Made by a program: the position numbers and the translations under genes
The notes under the pieces: generated by a model
Database searches by the model: none
What the model saw: the letters and a program-made list of their open reading frames with translations, nothing else
Told to the model about the DNA's origin: nothing
Shown: positions 23,691 to 36,831 of the stretch, piece by piece
Numbering within the stretch: the first letter of the stretch is position 1
How the letters are laid out: every line of letters begins with the position of its first letter
NCBI GenBank assembly: GCA_004764695.1
Contig: SMSO01000014.1
Location: 6,314,029 to 6,378,028, forward strand
Source of the DNA: Schizochytrium sp. TIO01
Taxonomy: Eukaryota; Protista; Bigyra: Labyrinthulomycetes
Length of the DNA: 64,000 nt
Direction of reading: 5' to 3'

Positions 23691-25431
23691 CTGCAGACAA
23701 AGAGCAGTCTTTCAGAGGTAATGCTGAAACAACTTCGTTGAGGATGTCGGCGACAATATTATTGCGCTCCAAACATCTGTTCATCTGCATTGCACTTTCT
23801 TCGGAGGTCCAATAACGCAAAGTTAAAACATCAGGCTCGGAATTGCCTACAACAGGAGATGGCGTACCACCACCATTACTGTTTCCACTGTTGACGCTAC
23901 TGTCACTGACTCTTCGGTGCAGACGATGCGAGCGAAGAGCAGGCGGTGCTCCACTATTGCCTTCCATGTTCAATTTACGCAATCTGTGATTACATGCAAG
24001 AGCACGCGTAATACCCTCAATGCCACGATCGTTGAAATTGTTATTGGAGAGGTCCAAGGCCTCGATTACGTTCGCAGAAAGCAAAAGACCGTTACTCAAC
24101 GCGTGCGCGCATTCCTCGTCCAAGCCAGTATTGCTCAAATTTAAATGTCTCAATGATCGGTTTCCGGGCAAGTATCTCAATATAGATACAATGCCCCGCT
24201 CACCAAGGGCATTGTCAGAGAGGTCTAGGGATATTAATGTGTAATTTTGACGTAAGCCATTGCCAATGAGACCTGCCGTGACGTGGTTCACGCCACAGTC
24301 AGCAAGAGAGAGAGAGCGAATATTGCATGCTGCAATGATCATGTGGGCAATAGCTCGGGCACCATACTCTCCGATAATGGCACTTTGATGACTAAAATCT
24401 AAGTCTAAGGTCCGCCCAGGCCTTTGTTCTCGTATTGCAGCAAGGCTAGCTTCCCTCACCACATGTTCTACGAGGTCGTCAAGATCCACGGAGCTTTCAC
24501 CAAGTCGTTTTGCCGCATTTTGATAAACGCGATAGATTTCTGCAACATTGTCTGTTACTTCTCCCTCGGAATGGGCTGGCCGGTTACAACACGATCCCAT
24601 GGCCTCTAGTTCAGCAGCTTCAAATTCTTCCTCCTCTACTGTGCGCAGTGAAAGTCGGACGTTTCTTTCTGACGTGCTTGCGCGTGGTGTGGCAAGACCA
24701 AGTGCGTCGATTGGTGAGCTGTTAGTGCCGACGCTTGTGTCCAAGTGGAGATCGCCGTTAAGCCCAGGAGGTTGGCTATCCAAAGAAAGAGTTGGGAATT
24801 CGTCCTGAAATCTGTAGTCAAGACCGCTAAGACTTCCGTCTGGAAAATCGTTGTTGTGATTGTCGATCGTGTGATGGTAGGCACCGGCGCCTGTTGCACC
24901 GTGGTTGCCGTAACTGTGGTGCGTGTCGGGATCTTGTTGTCTTGTGTGAGTAGCTTGCTTGCGTTTACGGTTCTTCTGTTTAGGGGCTTCTTGACGCACA
25001 GGGGCTGATTTAGCCCTTGGCAAACGCAAGCGACGGCGTTTTCCAGGTTTTGAGTGATGCCCGGAATTGGGGCTGTCGCTACTACTATTACCACTGGTGC
25101 AACTCCCGTTACTGCTTGGGGTTGTGGAAATCGTCGCTGGAGATGTGCTTATGGGTGTGTGCAAAGAAATCTGAAGGCCGGGGTCGCTCCCGCCGGTGAT
25201 ACTTGCTGTCGATGCGGAGCTTCCGTTGCTGTTTGTGTGGTTACTGTTTCCAACTCTTAACCTAAAGCTATCGTTGTTGTTACTGTTGCTCTGGTTTACG
25301 CGGTGGCTATGGCGATTATTATGGTAGTTATTGTTGGATGAATTGCTATTAAAGCTCTGATTTCGGGAATTATTTTTAGCTCCTTTATCTGCAGGCCCCT
25401 CCCCCACCGGGTCAATGTCTTCCTCGGGCAC
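23587..25431 (-). CDS. Low-complexity N-terminus plus RI-like leucine-rich repeats (intronless), probably the N-terminal part of an LRR-PP2C protein
   Basis: 28-aa repeats LISLDLSDNALG, LRHLNLSNTGL, IEALDLSNNNF and LRKLNMEGN. Overlaps the PP2C ORF in a different frame. Confidence 0.8.
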   Translation of the reverse strand: MPEEDIDPVGEGPADKGAKNNSRNQSFNSNSSNNNYHNNRHSHRVNQSNSNNNDSFRLRVGNSNHTNSNGSSASTASITGGSDPGLQISLHTPISTSPATISTTPSSNGSCTSGNSSSDSPNSGHHSKPGKRRRLRLPRAKSAPVRQEAPKQKNRKRKQATHTRQQDPDTHHSYGNHGATGAGAYHHTIDNHNNDFPDGSLSGLDYRFQDEFPTLSLDSQPPGLNGDLHLDTSVGTNSSPIDALGLATPRASTSERNVRLSLRTVEEEEFEAAELEAMGSCCNRPAHSEGEVTDNVAEIYRVYQNAAKRLGESSVDLDDLVEHVVREASLAAIREQRPGRTLDLDFSHQSAIIGEYGARAIAHMIIAACNIRSLSLADCGVNHVTAGLIGNGLRQNYTLISLDLSDNALGERGIVSILRYLPGNRSLRHLNLSNTGLDEECAHALSNGLLLSANVIEALDLSNNNFNDRGIEGITRALACNHRLRKLNMEGNSGAPPALRSHRLHRRVSDSSVNSGNSNGGGTPSPVVGNSEPDVLTLRYWTSEESAMQMNRCLERNNIVADILNEVVSALPLKDCSLSAGTNLHGHHGNYSQREFQQELHALWQACPIISSLR

Positions 25432-26480
25432 GTCGTTGGACCGTTCAAGGGAGGGTCTGCAGCACCTAAACCAGTAAATGGTGACTTACGCACAAAAAAA
25501 AAGCTTCGCCTGCCGAGGCTGCTTGCTTGTGATTGCTTAAAATTCAAATCTGCGTGCGGAAAGTTTACCTTCCTGTGAGACTATTGCTTTCGGTGTGGAT
25601 GACCAGGGTGCGTGCAGGGCGTAGTATCAATGTGTGGCAGCAGTAGATCAACAATTGATGGATTCACAACTGTGCTAATATAATTCCTTTCCGTAGCAGG
25701 AAACTAACTCCAGGCTGTAATTTTTTATATTTGCTTCGGCCCGGTTTTGGTATTATAAAGGTGGTGTTATGCCGGCCGTTTTCCAGAGAGGGATGCAGCT
25801 TCTCTAGACTCGACTCGACCAAACCAGAATTAAATCAACAGGAAAGCGAACTGGTCGTAAAACCCACCAAGGTCCCTATTCCTGTCAAACTGAATATTCC
25901 AGCAGCAAACAAATATAAAAAACAGCAGTTGAGAAGCAACTCTAAAACGAACAGGCCAAACACAAGAGCGAAGTGGCGGCCAAAAGCTTACAGGAACACA
26001 ACAGAGGTGGCGGAATGGATGGATGGATGGATGGATAGATAGACAGACAGACAGACAGACAAAAAGAGAAACAGAGAAACAGATAGAGAAAGAGCGAGCT
26101 AAGAAGCAAGTAAGTAAGTAAAGGGAAAGAGTGCGACAAAGAGTTCAAAGTGAAGCCTTGCTCACGGTCTCTCCTCTATCGCCAGATATCACTACGCTGC
26201 TACAGCCAGGCAGTCAGTGAGCTGGCAGCTAGACGAGTAACTTGCTTGCTATCCACGATCGCACGTCTGCCCAATAAGAGATCCCGGGTCCTTTCCTTTC
26301 CTCCTTCTCTTGCAGCCCAAATCCACCACGACCCGGCGGAAGATAAATAGGTAAGTCAAAGAAAGGCTCGGTAAGTAAAAGGAACTAAATCTGCAATGGA
26401 ACGCCAAAAAAAAAAAGAACAGGGGAAAAACCAAAACCAGAAGAGTGGAAACACAGACAGTAAAGAACAGAACAGATGTG

Positions 26481-26489
26481 GAAGAAGAA

Positions 26490-26550
<61 letters not shown>

Positions 26551-26557
26551 AGAAAGA
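26481..26557. repeat. (GAAA)n/(GAA)n microsatellite, with nearby (GGAT)n/(GACA)n at ~26014-26061 and (GGAT)n at ~27255-27289
   Basis: Tandem units read directly. Confidence 0.9.
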
Positions 26558-27339
26558 ACACAGAGAAAAGGAAAGTAAAGAAGAAAGAGAACACAAGGAA
26601 TTCGAATTAGAAGGGCCCCAAAACTTGGAGAACCCAAGGTTTAATTCCTCGCAGAGTCTTTCGTCCAGCCAGACTTTCACTTCCCCTCGCGGCCAGCACG
26701 GCTGCTTCTCTCAGCAGGCCTTCCCCTCCTCCCTTGCCGGCCTGGTGTTGCTGTAATTACGTAGTTCTGTCTTTCTTTCTCTTGGTTTCTTGTTTGATTG
26801 ATTGTTAAGCAGAGAAAAGGGTCTCTTTCTTTGCCAGAGCCCTTTGAAAACTATTGCGTTTCCTCGCCGCCGTCGTCAAATTCCTCGACTCGCGCCTGCA
26901 GGCCGCGCCTCTTGAGGTCCTCCGCGGGAAGCAGAGCTCCTCTGCACGTGGCCGACCGGTATTGACGAGGTTCCCTGAAGAAGGTTTTCTGTCTGCGTCA
27001 AAGCTCGAAGAAGAAGAAGGAGAAGGAGATAAAGAAGAACAAACGAGAGGATTGAATAATTTGAACTTGAAGCAAGTTCAAGCCCTCCTCCACGAAGAGT
27101 GCCACGATACCCAAGCCTCCCGCCGCAGCCAGAACCTCCCTCCGGCAGTAAGCCCCAGCCAGCCAGTCGGCCGGTCGTCCTCCGCCCCTGCAAAGGCCTC
27201 GCCACGCCGCAGGCCACGAGTCGCGCGAGATGGATCGACGGATCGACAGATCGAATGGATGGATGGATGGATGGATGGATGGATGGATGCTGCGAGGCCA
27301 CCACGGCGGCCTCTCCGCTGATGTAGTATTCACCAAGTC

Positions 27340-28030
27340 AAGATCTCGGGCCGCACGGACCCCGGCGACAGCCTAGACCCGCGCGGCCGGACCGCCTGCC
27401 GCGCTCCGAGCGAGCGAGCCCGCGCGGGCTCCGTTCTGCCGCCGCGTTGGCGCCAAGGAACAAAGGCCTTTCTTCCTTCCTCCGCCCCTCTTTCCCCTCC
27501 TGCCCCCCTTTGTGTCTCCAAATCGCTCTCCTCTTCTTCCCCCCTCCCTTTTCCCCCAAGGCCTCCAATCCCATCGCTTCATTAAACTACCCCTTCAGGG
27601 GTCACCCAACTCCCTCCATATACGCTATACAGCTCCTACCCCCCCTTAGCCCCTCCAAATAAAATACGGGCACCCTCCTACTGCCCTCTACGGCCAGGAC
27701 CCTCCTACCGTTTACCCTAGCCGGGCCCTACCCGCTGCGCGAAGATTTTTGCGGCTCAGGGCGCCGCGGCGGCACTACAGGTTTAGCCAGCGCCCTTCTG
27801 CCCCTCGCTCGCTCCCTCTACGCCGCCGGCGCCGAGGCGGCGCCGCCCTCTCTGCGGCCGTCCTGAGGGCCCCTGCGGCTGTCCGGGGGGGGCCTGCGGC
27901 TGTCCGGAGGGCCCCTGCGGCCGCTGCGCCGCTGCGCCTCGCGGCCCCGGCCGCTGTCTTCGCGCCCCTCTCGCCGCCTTCGCAGAGACCGGAGGCGCCT
28001 TTGGCACTACGGGATAGGGCGCCTCGTTGA
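27340..28030. other. GC/CpG-rich island with a C-rich stretch and a ~21-bp imperfect tandem repeat (GGGCCCCTGCGGCTGTCCGG, ~27866-27922)
   Basis: Visibly far higher GC than the flanks. No credible protein. Lies upstream of the minus-strand LRR-PP2C gene. Confidence 0.55.
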
Positions 28031-28614
28031 ACTTGTATGCGCGCTTCCGGAGCAGCTTTGCACTCACTCGCGCGATCATGTGCACGAAGAAAGATAACAG
28101 ACAGAGAGAGAGAGAGAGGGACTCCTAGGGGCGCTTAGCGGGACTCCTAGCCAGTGCGATAACTTTAAAGACTTTGTTATTGTAAGCACCGTTGTCTGCT
28201 GTCTGCGAGTTGAAGAGGGATGGAGACTCTGCATTCTCTTGGGTTTTATAGTATACTTTCATGGCAGGAGAAGAGAGAGTCTGTGTATCGCATTGACCGT
28301 AGACCTGTGTTGGCGGCTTCATGGATAAATGACAGGAAGTGCAACACGTCTCCTTCGTCTTCTTCGTCTTCTTCTAATTTTTGTTAAAACTTTATTCTTT
28401 ATTTATTTTTTGCTTTTTTTTCGTTTTCCTTTTCTTTTTTTAATCATGAATCATGGAGCAGTGAGTGCCTGTTCGTTCGTGGCGTTTTCAGTATTTTAGA
28501 TTACACTATGGTACATGATAGTGTACTAAGTTGTACAAAGAAGGAATGAAGATGGCTCTGCTTTGCAAGAGAACCCTTTCTCGCCAATCGACAAGGATGG
28601 GTACTTCGAAACCA

Positions 28615-28675
28615 TTGATCAATCGATCGATCAATCAATCAATCGATCGATCAATCAATCGATCAATCGATCAAT
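28615..28675. repeat. (CAAT/CGAT)n compound microsatellite
   Basis: gatcaatcgatcgatcaatcaatcaatcgatcg... read directly. Confidence 0.85.
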
Positions 28676-31600
28676 TGCAGCACAATAATGGCAGTGTCAC
28701 CCAAGGCTCTCTTTCTCCCTCTCCTCGTTTTCTTCAGTTCTCATTCTTTGAACTTGAAATTTAGTGCCTCATATCGATCATAGGATTTTTATGTTATTTT
28801 ATTTTCAATCATTGACTGTTAGCTAGAATGTTTTTTGTTTTTGATTTTTTGTTTTTTAATTCTTCTAAAAATTAATAAACATCATCACAGAACTAAGCCA
28901 ACGCATATTAAACTGGAAGTGTTCATCAGCTCGCATAATAAGCATCTAGCAACTCGGTTCCTAACGTTTTTGTTATTGCATTCTTATCAGCTAACAGAAG
29001 CCCCAAGTTCTAGTATTCTTACTGCTGAATGAATAGCGCATTCCTAAGCATCATAGAATAGCAGAACGCAAAGTTGCTCATTTTGCGACTGAAGTTAAAG
29101 CGATTGTGGCTTCAATACAAATGTAGGCGGCGATTCGGGCTAAGGGAAATATGCTCCGCTAACGCACATACAAGTCCAAGCATGGGGGCGCCTCAGAAAG
29201 CGCAGATCAAAGAACTTGCTCGAAACCATCACATACGAGTTCAACATTGATGGATCTCTGCATGCATGTGCCTCACAAGAACATAGAGAGAGGAAGAAAG
29301 AATCATAGCACTCTTCTTCTTCAAGTTCTGCAAGTTCTCTCACTATTTTTTATTTACTTTTTTCAAACCTAGCTATTAAGAAGAAAACATTTCTACATTA
29401 ATGTTAGGGTCTTCTTCATTCTTCAAGTTCTTTCTTTGAAGTTCTTCTGAAATATCGAGCTTAAAACTGAGCTCTAAAAGGGATTTCTTCCGCAGGCTGG
29501 ATCACTATTACATCTATTTTACTGTCTTACTTTTAGCTCCCTACTAGAACTTGGTTTTGAAAACTCGTCCTTTTGTATTTTAATTTTTAGAAAATGATCT
29601 TTAAAATTTTAAGCTAGTTAGGTTGCCTGTCTTCTTCAGTTTCGAGCTTCGCATTGCTTGGCAAAATCCACTGCGGATGCCTGCAAAGCGGACGATTTCT
29701 GCCTTTCTCAAGCGTCCTTTGCAGCAGGAAATTCGATTAACAAGGCATGACCATGCGTCTTGGAAACCCCAATTGGCAATAAGTTTGGCTCTGGTCTAGA
29801 TTCTCTTTCTTTTTCTACATTTTAAATTAAAAACAGTTTTCTTTACATTAAAAAATGGCTTGGAGAGCTACGTACAGCATCACATAAATACATACATAAA
29901 TACATACATACTAAACTTCAGATTTCGCGCTTGGACTCCCTGGATTGGCCATCCATCCTGAAGCTCGCCAAAGGCAACCAAAAACTCAAAGCATTATTAC
30001 GAACCAGCTTTTTCGCTGGCCGAGAGTTGAAATGTTCCACGGCCACTTGTCTGACTGACTCCGTTCGTGAGCGATTCGATTGCTGGATTGCTGGAGCCAT
30101 AATTTCGTGCTGCAAGTCCTCCAATTCATTTAATTGGATGGTTTTCTTTTTCTTTTCTTTTGACAGACAGTGAAATTCTGTAATTCGTCGTTGACGCCAC
30201 TGACTCACTGACTGACTCACTGACTCACTGACTGAAGTTTTGCTGGTGGTACAAGGGGCTATACAACTACTACCGAACAGTCGCTCGTTAGCAAGGAGTG
30301 AACATCAAAGGACTTGTTCCGTTCCGTTCTCCCTTGTGGTTGCTTGCTCTGCTGCTTATACTGTTCTATACTGTTCTGTTCTATTGATGTTCTGAGCTGG
30401 AGAGAAGAGAGAACTTGAACCCGCTAGACGTGGCTTATAAATATAGAGATTTTATGTTTTATGTTTTGTTTTTGTTTTTGTTTTTGTTTTTGTTTTATTA
30501 ATTTAAAATAATAACACTTCGAAAGCAGCAGGGGGAAAAATCTAAGATGAAAAACTGTATTTATTGCGAAACTTTCAATCGTCGTTTTATTGATCAATCT
30601 TATTTGGTCTGTGTAGTGCGCAAGCAGGAAAGGCAGATTTGCGAGTGTACGGTCGATCAACAATTGTTGCGTAGAGGGCAATGACTACGGTATTCCCAGC
30701 TTGAGCAGGAGATGAGGGTCTTCGTATCTGCAATGCTGCCTATCTACCATCAGACCATATCGTGGGATGATTTTGAACGAGAAATAAGATGGCGCGCCAT
30801 GTTTTCTATGTGCTTTTTAATTTAATTTTTAACTTTTAAAAAAGTAGTAGTAGCTTGTATATAATCGGTCTGTTGATTCGTTCGTTGTGCTGTTCTGAGT
30901 CATGTTCCTCCTCTTCTAGGCTACTTATTGCTATTTATTGCGTATTGCTTTATATCATTACTCGCGAAGTGATATTCCGCTGTGCATCAAAAAATGGGAG
31001 TCCGCGATAGAGATCGCCTTTGGCCAAAGAAGTTATAGCTTCGGCGCTCGCTTGAGCCGTATCCTTCTCCTCGCGGGTTATGCAGCAAACTGAGTGGGAT
31101 GAACAAAGTTTTAAAGCCCCGGAAATCAAGACATAAAGCATACTTATATAAAGTCCTCTTGGTGAAGGCATGCACCTAAAAGCTAGAGAACGAAGATTAT
31201 GTATGATGGAGATTAGAAGGCTGTGGACAACAGCGAGTTGGCACAAAACCCTTTGATTTTTTTCGTTTTTCTGGCGTCCTTATTTGCAAAGCAAGTTATG
31301 TTAGATTCTTCTGACATGTGTTGGCTTTCTTTATCGTTTATTTCTTTATTTATAAGCTTGATTCAACCAACTCTGGTGCATTAGAGATTTACACGTTTGT
31401 ACATGCATACGTGTATCCTAGCTAGAGAAGAGGATAGTCTGGAAATAAATATAATCTTAATCTTTAAATATTTAAAATATACACGAACTTGGGGCACAGT
31501 GTTGCAAATTAAAGGTAGTACTTGTGTCTATCGCAATGCTTTCACAAGTCAGAGATTTCCCAAAATGACAGTCAAAGTGTTATTGAGAGGTGCTGTCCAG

Positions 31601-34600
31601 AGTCACTCAAGGGCTTGTCATGTAAAGATTGAGACTTAGAAAATTATAACAGAGTTATTTAATTTTTAAAAAGAGCTCTTTTTTTAAATCCATCATATAT
31701 ATATGTATCGGTATAAATGGTGAGAACGGTCTACTGTACCTCGGTAATTCTGCTGGCACATGTGTGGAAACGATATCCCCATCACACTCGAGCTCAACTA
31801 CAAAAACATCTGTCTTGACAGCCCGTGTTTCTTTCTTTTAGCTCATTGTTCCAAAGGGTTAGAGTTACGGTTTGCTGGGTAATTTTGGTTTTGCTTGGAT
31901 CATGCACATCCAGATTGATAAGGAGCCTGCAGCATGTCTAATGCCAGTGGGTTTTGGACAATTCAAGTTTACCCATAGTGGAATCTCCACACGCACTCGG
32001 CGCGCTAGTATGGAGTTTTATTATTGTTTTTGCTCTAAAAATATCTGATGGCTCTTATTTTTTTAAGTGCTGATAACCACGAATGTTTGATAGAGCCTTT
32101 AATCAATGCATATCCCTTTGGAGAATCCCTAAGTAGAAAGCGAGCATGCGATCTAAGCAGACACACACAAGTCTAGAGAATAGTGACCGAAAATCTCAAA
32201 TTGGCGACGCGGTTTACAGGTGATTTATCAGGCGGTACGTATAAGCTCGGTATAGATCATCATCCATGGGATCACATCCTTCTTTTTTCCGGGGACCTGC
32301 AAGCAAACACAATGGCAATGACATTTTTCATATTCCTTTCAGCATTATCAAGTGTGTTATTGCGCTTGGCAACATTTCCCTGTGACATTCCGCTTCTTGA
32401 CAGCTATCGACTACGCGATTCAGCCATTCAACGCTGGTATGCCGTGGTGGGCGTTCACAACGCAACCGGGATGATCGCCATGAGCATTGCTTGCCACTTG
32501 CCACTTTGTCCGAAAAGCTGCATGCGTGTTATCGAGTAGGCGGCATATCCTGAAAGCGGGATTACGAAGAGGCATATGCATGCTGAGGGGTAATGCAGAT
32601 ATATCATCCATAAATTCTTTCATCTGGCTAAAGTCTAACGCTCCCTCTTAAATTTTTTATTTGAGGTTGAATAGCTCGAATCTGCCACTTTCTATGGAGA
32701 AGCATTTCTTTCAGAGGTTAGCCACCTATCGACGCCAATCAGAATGTGCTCGCTCCCAAAATTTTGAAAATACCTCATAGGCGTAAATGAATAGATCTTC
32801 AAATTAAGTGGTTCTAATAAAACTGGGCAATCATAGTCATGAGTACGGCTGCGAAATGGGTTGGTCTTAGCAGGGTCCTGGAAAAGGCAATCGATACACA
32901 ATGATTCTTTAACAAACTTTACTTGGTAGTGAAGCCCCCGAAAGGAATCGTATTCATATGTGACACTTTAATAGTTTTGAAAAAAATGGGGATACATCGT
33001 ACTAAAGTTTTCAATCTGACATTTTCTCCTTCGCAGTTCTTCTACGTTTTGTTTTTTTGTTTTATTTTTTAAATCAATATGTACTTGTGGACATTATTTT
33101 ATATTTATTTTTTCATTTATTCTCTTTCATTTTTTTACTCGCGTTCTTTTTCTTTTCTTTTTTATACTATTTATCATGCTTTTATTCTCGTAGTTAATTA
33201 GCTTAAAAAATAATAAATTAAAAATATTTCAAAATAAAAACTAAAGACAAAATTAATATTTTGTAACTAGAATTGGGAAGTAGCACAGTTTCTGAGTGAG
33301 CGTTTTAAATAAAACTTAACCAAGTTAAAATATTTTAATGACTAGTGAGAGTGGAAAGGAGCATCTTCTTGTCATTATCTTTGTAATGGTGCAGCCCTGT
33401 AGACTGCTCCATATGAAAGTATGTTCTTGGATTAGATGCAAAGCCCGCCAATTTCAAGCTCTCTAAAAACCGAAGAATTTATTGGTAACCGTGGGTATTG
33501 TTGTAATCGTTCTTACCATCACCATCACCATCACCATCACCATCTCCATCATGATATCTATGTTTTTTTTGTTTATTTTTTTTATCAATCGTGGTGAATT
33601 AGGGACCCTACCAGGATTGATTAGTCTATGCATGAATAGTGCACTAGCACTTGGCAGGTAGAGTTCTTGGAAATAAAATCAAAACCTGGCGTGCGCAATC
33701 ATCTTTGCATACTTGCCTACGCTATGAAAATACCATCGTAGAATCAGTTGCTGTCGCCTGTCCAAACAGATATGTGGCGTATGTTCGTGTCACTTTATAG
33801 AAGACGGGGTTCGCGGTCATTCTTCATCACATATCATGTCGGCTGGCACATGCAAGCAAGCAATGTCTGCCATATTCCTCGCCAGCCTGAGACTTCCCCA
33901 TTAGAGTTGAGCTCTCTCAATAGAACACGATTCGAAACTTGCAAGTGAATATTGCTTTGATGAGCATATCCTAAACTTTAGACAAGCTATCCAAACAGTT
34001 TTTCCTCTGTCCGCACGTGCATAGTATAGTATTTTAAGATTATTTTTTTAATAGAAATGAGGACACAAATAAAGACTTTGCGAATCAAGACAAGTCGAAT
34101 GGTAATGAACTCTAGTTTGTAAGTCTGACTGCTACGATCATCCCCCTGCTAAAGAGTTTGATCAGACAGGCTTGCATTTTAAGACCAGATACTGTTTCTA
34201 CCTACTTCTGTAAGCTGTGCAAGTTGTGCTGAAAGTAGAGGGGTACCCGCGTAGCACGTGAAGCACGTACATAAAACCTTCAAGCTCACCTCAATGCTGG
34301 TTTCATTCTTATTCCCTTTCTAGAAAACAAATGCAGAATAGAAGTTGAAGCAAAGAGAACTTCGACGAGGCGAAGAGATTCGATCCATCGATTCTTGACT
34401 CGTAAATTTACGCGTGCGCCTAAAACGAGCGATCATCGCCTTGCCAATGAAAATGGTTCGCAAACGCGCTAGACTGGTAATTCACTTATTATGACATTTC
34501 GCCTAACACAAGAAGACGGCCTTATCAAACGAGCTATGCCATCCTTCTGCAAATGGTGGTGCACACCGGCATTCAGGAAGATTTGCACTGCACCAGAGGG

Positions 34601-36176
34601 CCGGAGCAACTTGTGAAAATGAACTTGAACACTTAAGTGTCTCCTGCCCGATTCCAATAGTATACCCACCCACCGTACATCTTTATTGGTGTCATACAAT
34701 CGCGCACCTTGAACCAAATGATCAGGGCACACCTCTAATGACGATCATAACGTTTATTTGATGTTAGACATCTTTAAAGTTGAGCCAGGAAGAGCTCCAA
34801 CTTCAGATCTGCTTTGCTCTCGACCTCGCAATAAATGGTCTTGAATTTAATCTGTGGAAAGCAACCTTATGTGAAAAACGGCTACCTCGGTACTGCAACG
34901 AACAGCATTATTCAGGTGGCTGCACGCTTAGTTAGCCCTTCCTAGTGCTCTCTCCAAAGCCCATTCATGCACAAAGCAATGGGTACCTACGTACTACTAC
35001 GTAGAGGACTACAACGTCAGGGAAAGGATAACATGTTAGCTAGGCGACACAATTTAAGACCAAGCCTTTTGAGCTATGCAATTTACATTCAACTAATTGC
35101 TTTGATCATTCCCAAGATCTTCGCCACCTCGACATCTGTTCTCCTCCCAGGTCTTACTTATATGCTAACCAGCCAAGCTCAACGCAACGGAGTCACCACG
35201 AATCTAAGCGAAAGCACAGGCGAGCAGTCATGTCGCAAGACAGACGAATTAGCCCATTCCTCACCTCACTCCGAGATGCATTACCGCAACCCAATTTAAT
35301 TTGAACCTCTTTATATAAGGCCTAAAGTCACGGTCGTTTCGCGACGTTTAAAATTAAACACCTTAAAAGGAGGTCTGCGATAAACGCATTAGAGTGGTAG
35401 AGGAGGTGGATTTAAGGCGGAAACGGCACTGCCGAAGGCGCTGCTGCGGCCAGGAGAGAAGATGACGGCCAGTGTAAAGACCTTGGAGACGCGCGACGTC
35501 TTACGTACCCACGATGGTTCAAGGCCCTGAGCGTGACCAGGATCTCGTGCCCCGCGCCATCAAGGCTGCTGTACGTTAAATACGCTTCGTCCCGCCCCGC
35601 GCCAGCTAGGCCACTGAGCATGTGAACATGGATGGTGAACGCGGCCGAAGACGGCCAGCCTACCTGCCTACCTTATTCTCGCCGTCTTCGCGGTGATCAA
35701 TTGCTCTTGCTGCAGCGATAGTCTCACAAATCAAGGATGAAAACGTGGAGTCGTGGAGGAATAATGGACTGAAGCAGAAGGGCCGACTTTCTTGCAGGTT
35801 GCGTCTGGGCTGCTGTTTATATGATGAATGAGATAACTAACTTCGCATGAATTCCTACTTTGCGTTAACGCTGGGAAATGTATATTCCGCAACTTCTTGC
35901 TGTGGACTCGGTGATTCTTTTTGATGATGGTACTTATGAACTTCCCTGCTCACTCCGTGATTTGCCCTGGTGAATCTTTGCATCGGCCCTTATGGTGGTA
36001 CTCGCCTTTTCACTCCTCGGATATTTACTTTTTTCACATCTTGTGTTTGTGAATTTGGGTTTTCATGAAATCCTCTTTTCTGGTGGTATTTGAATTGTGG
36101 TATTGGCCTCAACGATCCTTATCTGGAATCTCTCTTCTATTCGGGTGCTTCGTGGAATCCTGATTCTGGTGTACAG

Positions 36177-36831
36177 GGTGTCAGCGCCCTTGCTGGTAGC
36201 GTGGTAGGCTCTGCACAATATGCCTGGCAATTCTCGCCGGCAAGCAACCAGAAGTTCTCCCCCCAGGCTCTGGCTCGCTCTGTTGGATCAAAAGGCGTAA
36301 GTGAAAATAAAAATGATGACAGAGTTATATCTATCCTCTCATATCCTTGGGTAGATCTTGTCCGATCTTTTCATGTGGATGAGGTTTGCACCAACGAATT
36401 TTATGGATATGGAATTTTATAAAATTACATGAAAATGAAAACATTGGGACTGACTAACCTTATTCTCTGATCAAATTGAATTATGCAACTGGGTATTGAT
36501 CACCCCCCACACATTATCATGTTCCTGTACACTCTCTTTGAACAATTGTTTTTTTTCTTCACAGGCTCTCTTCGCTGTTGCTGCTGTGACTTACACCGCC
36601 ACGGAATCTATGTTGGATATGCTTTTGGAGCGACAGACCGTGGGCGCCTCCACCGTTGCTGGTGTAACTACTGGCTTTGTGGCTGGCCTTGCCAAGGGCA
36701 ACCTCAGAACTAGCGCTCTGCTCAGTGTGGTCTTCGGTGGTGCCGCCACCATTGCCTCCCTCAACGGCAACACCGTTGCCGTCAGCAACGACCGAACCAA
36801 ACCCTACCCCGGCTACCACCCCCAACACTAA
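36177..36831 (+). CDS. Tim17/Tim22/Tim23-family membrane protein, likely complex I subunit B14.7 (NDUFA11-like); exons 36177-36296 and 36565-36831, first exon unresolved
   Basis: Phase-0 splice (GGC|gtaagt ... tcacag|GCT) gives GVSALAGSVVGSAQYAW...GALFAVAAVTYTATESML...STVAGVTTGFVAGLAKGN, with GxxxG-rich TM helices typical of the family. Confidence 0.7.

Noticed and set aside
26249-26756. Phe/Leu/Ser-rich and KKER-repeat ORFs
   Set aside because: Translations of the (GAAA)n repeat.
36312-36453. C/D-like boxes in the Tim17-like gene intron with an 11-nt match to an 18S motif
   Set aside because: The match is AT-rich and not adjacent to box D, and the CTGA overlaps the branch-point sequence.
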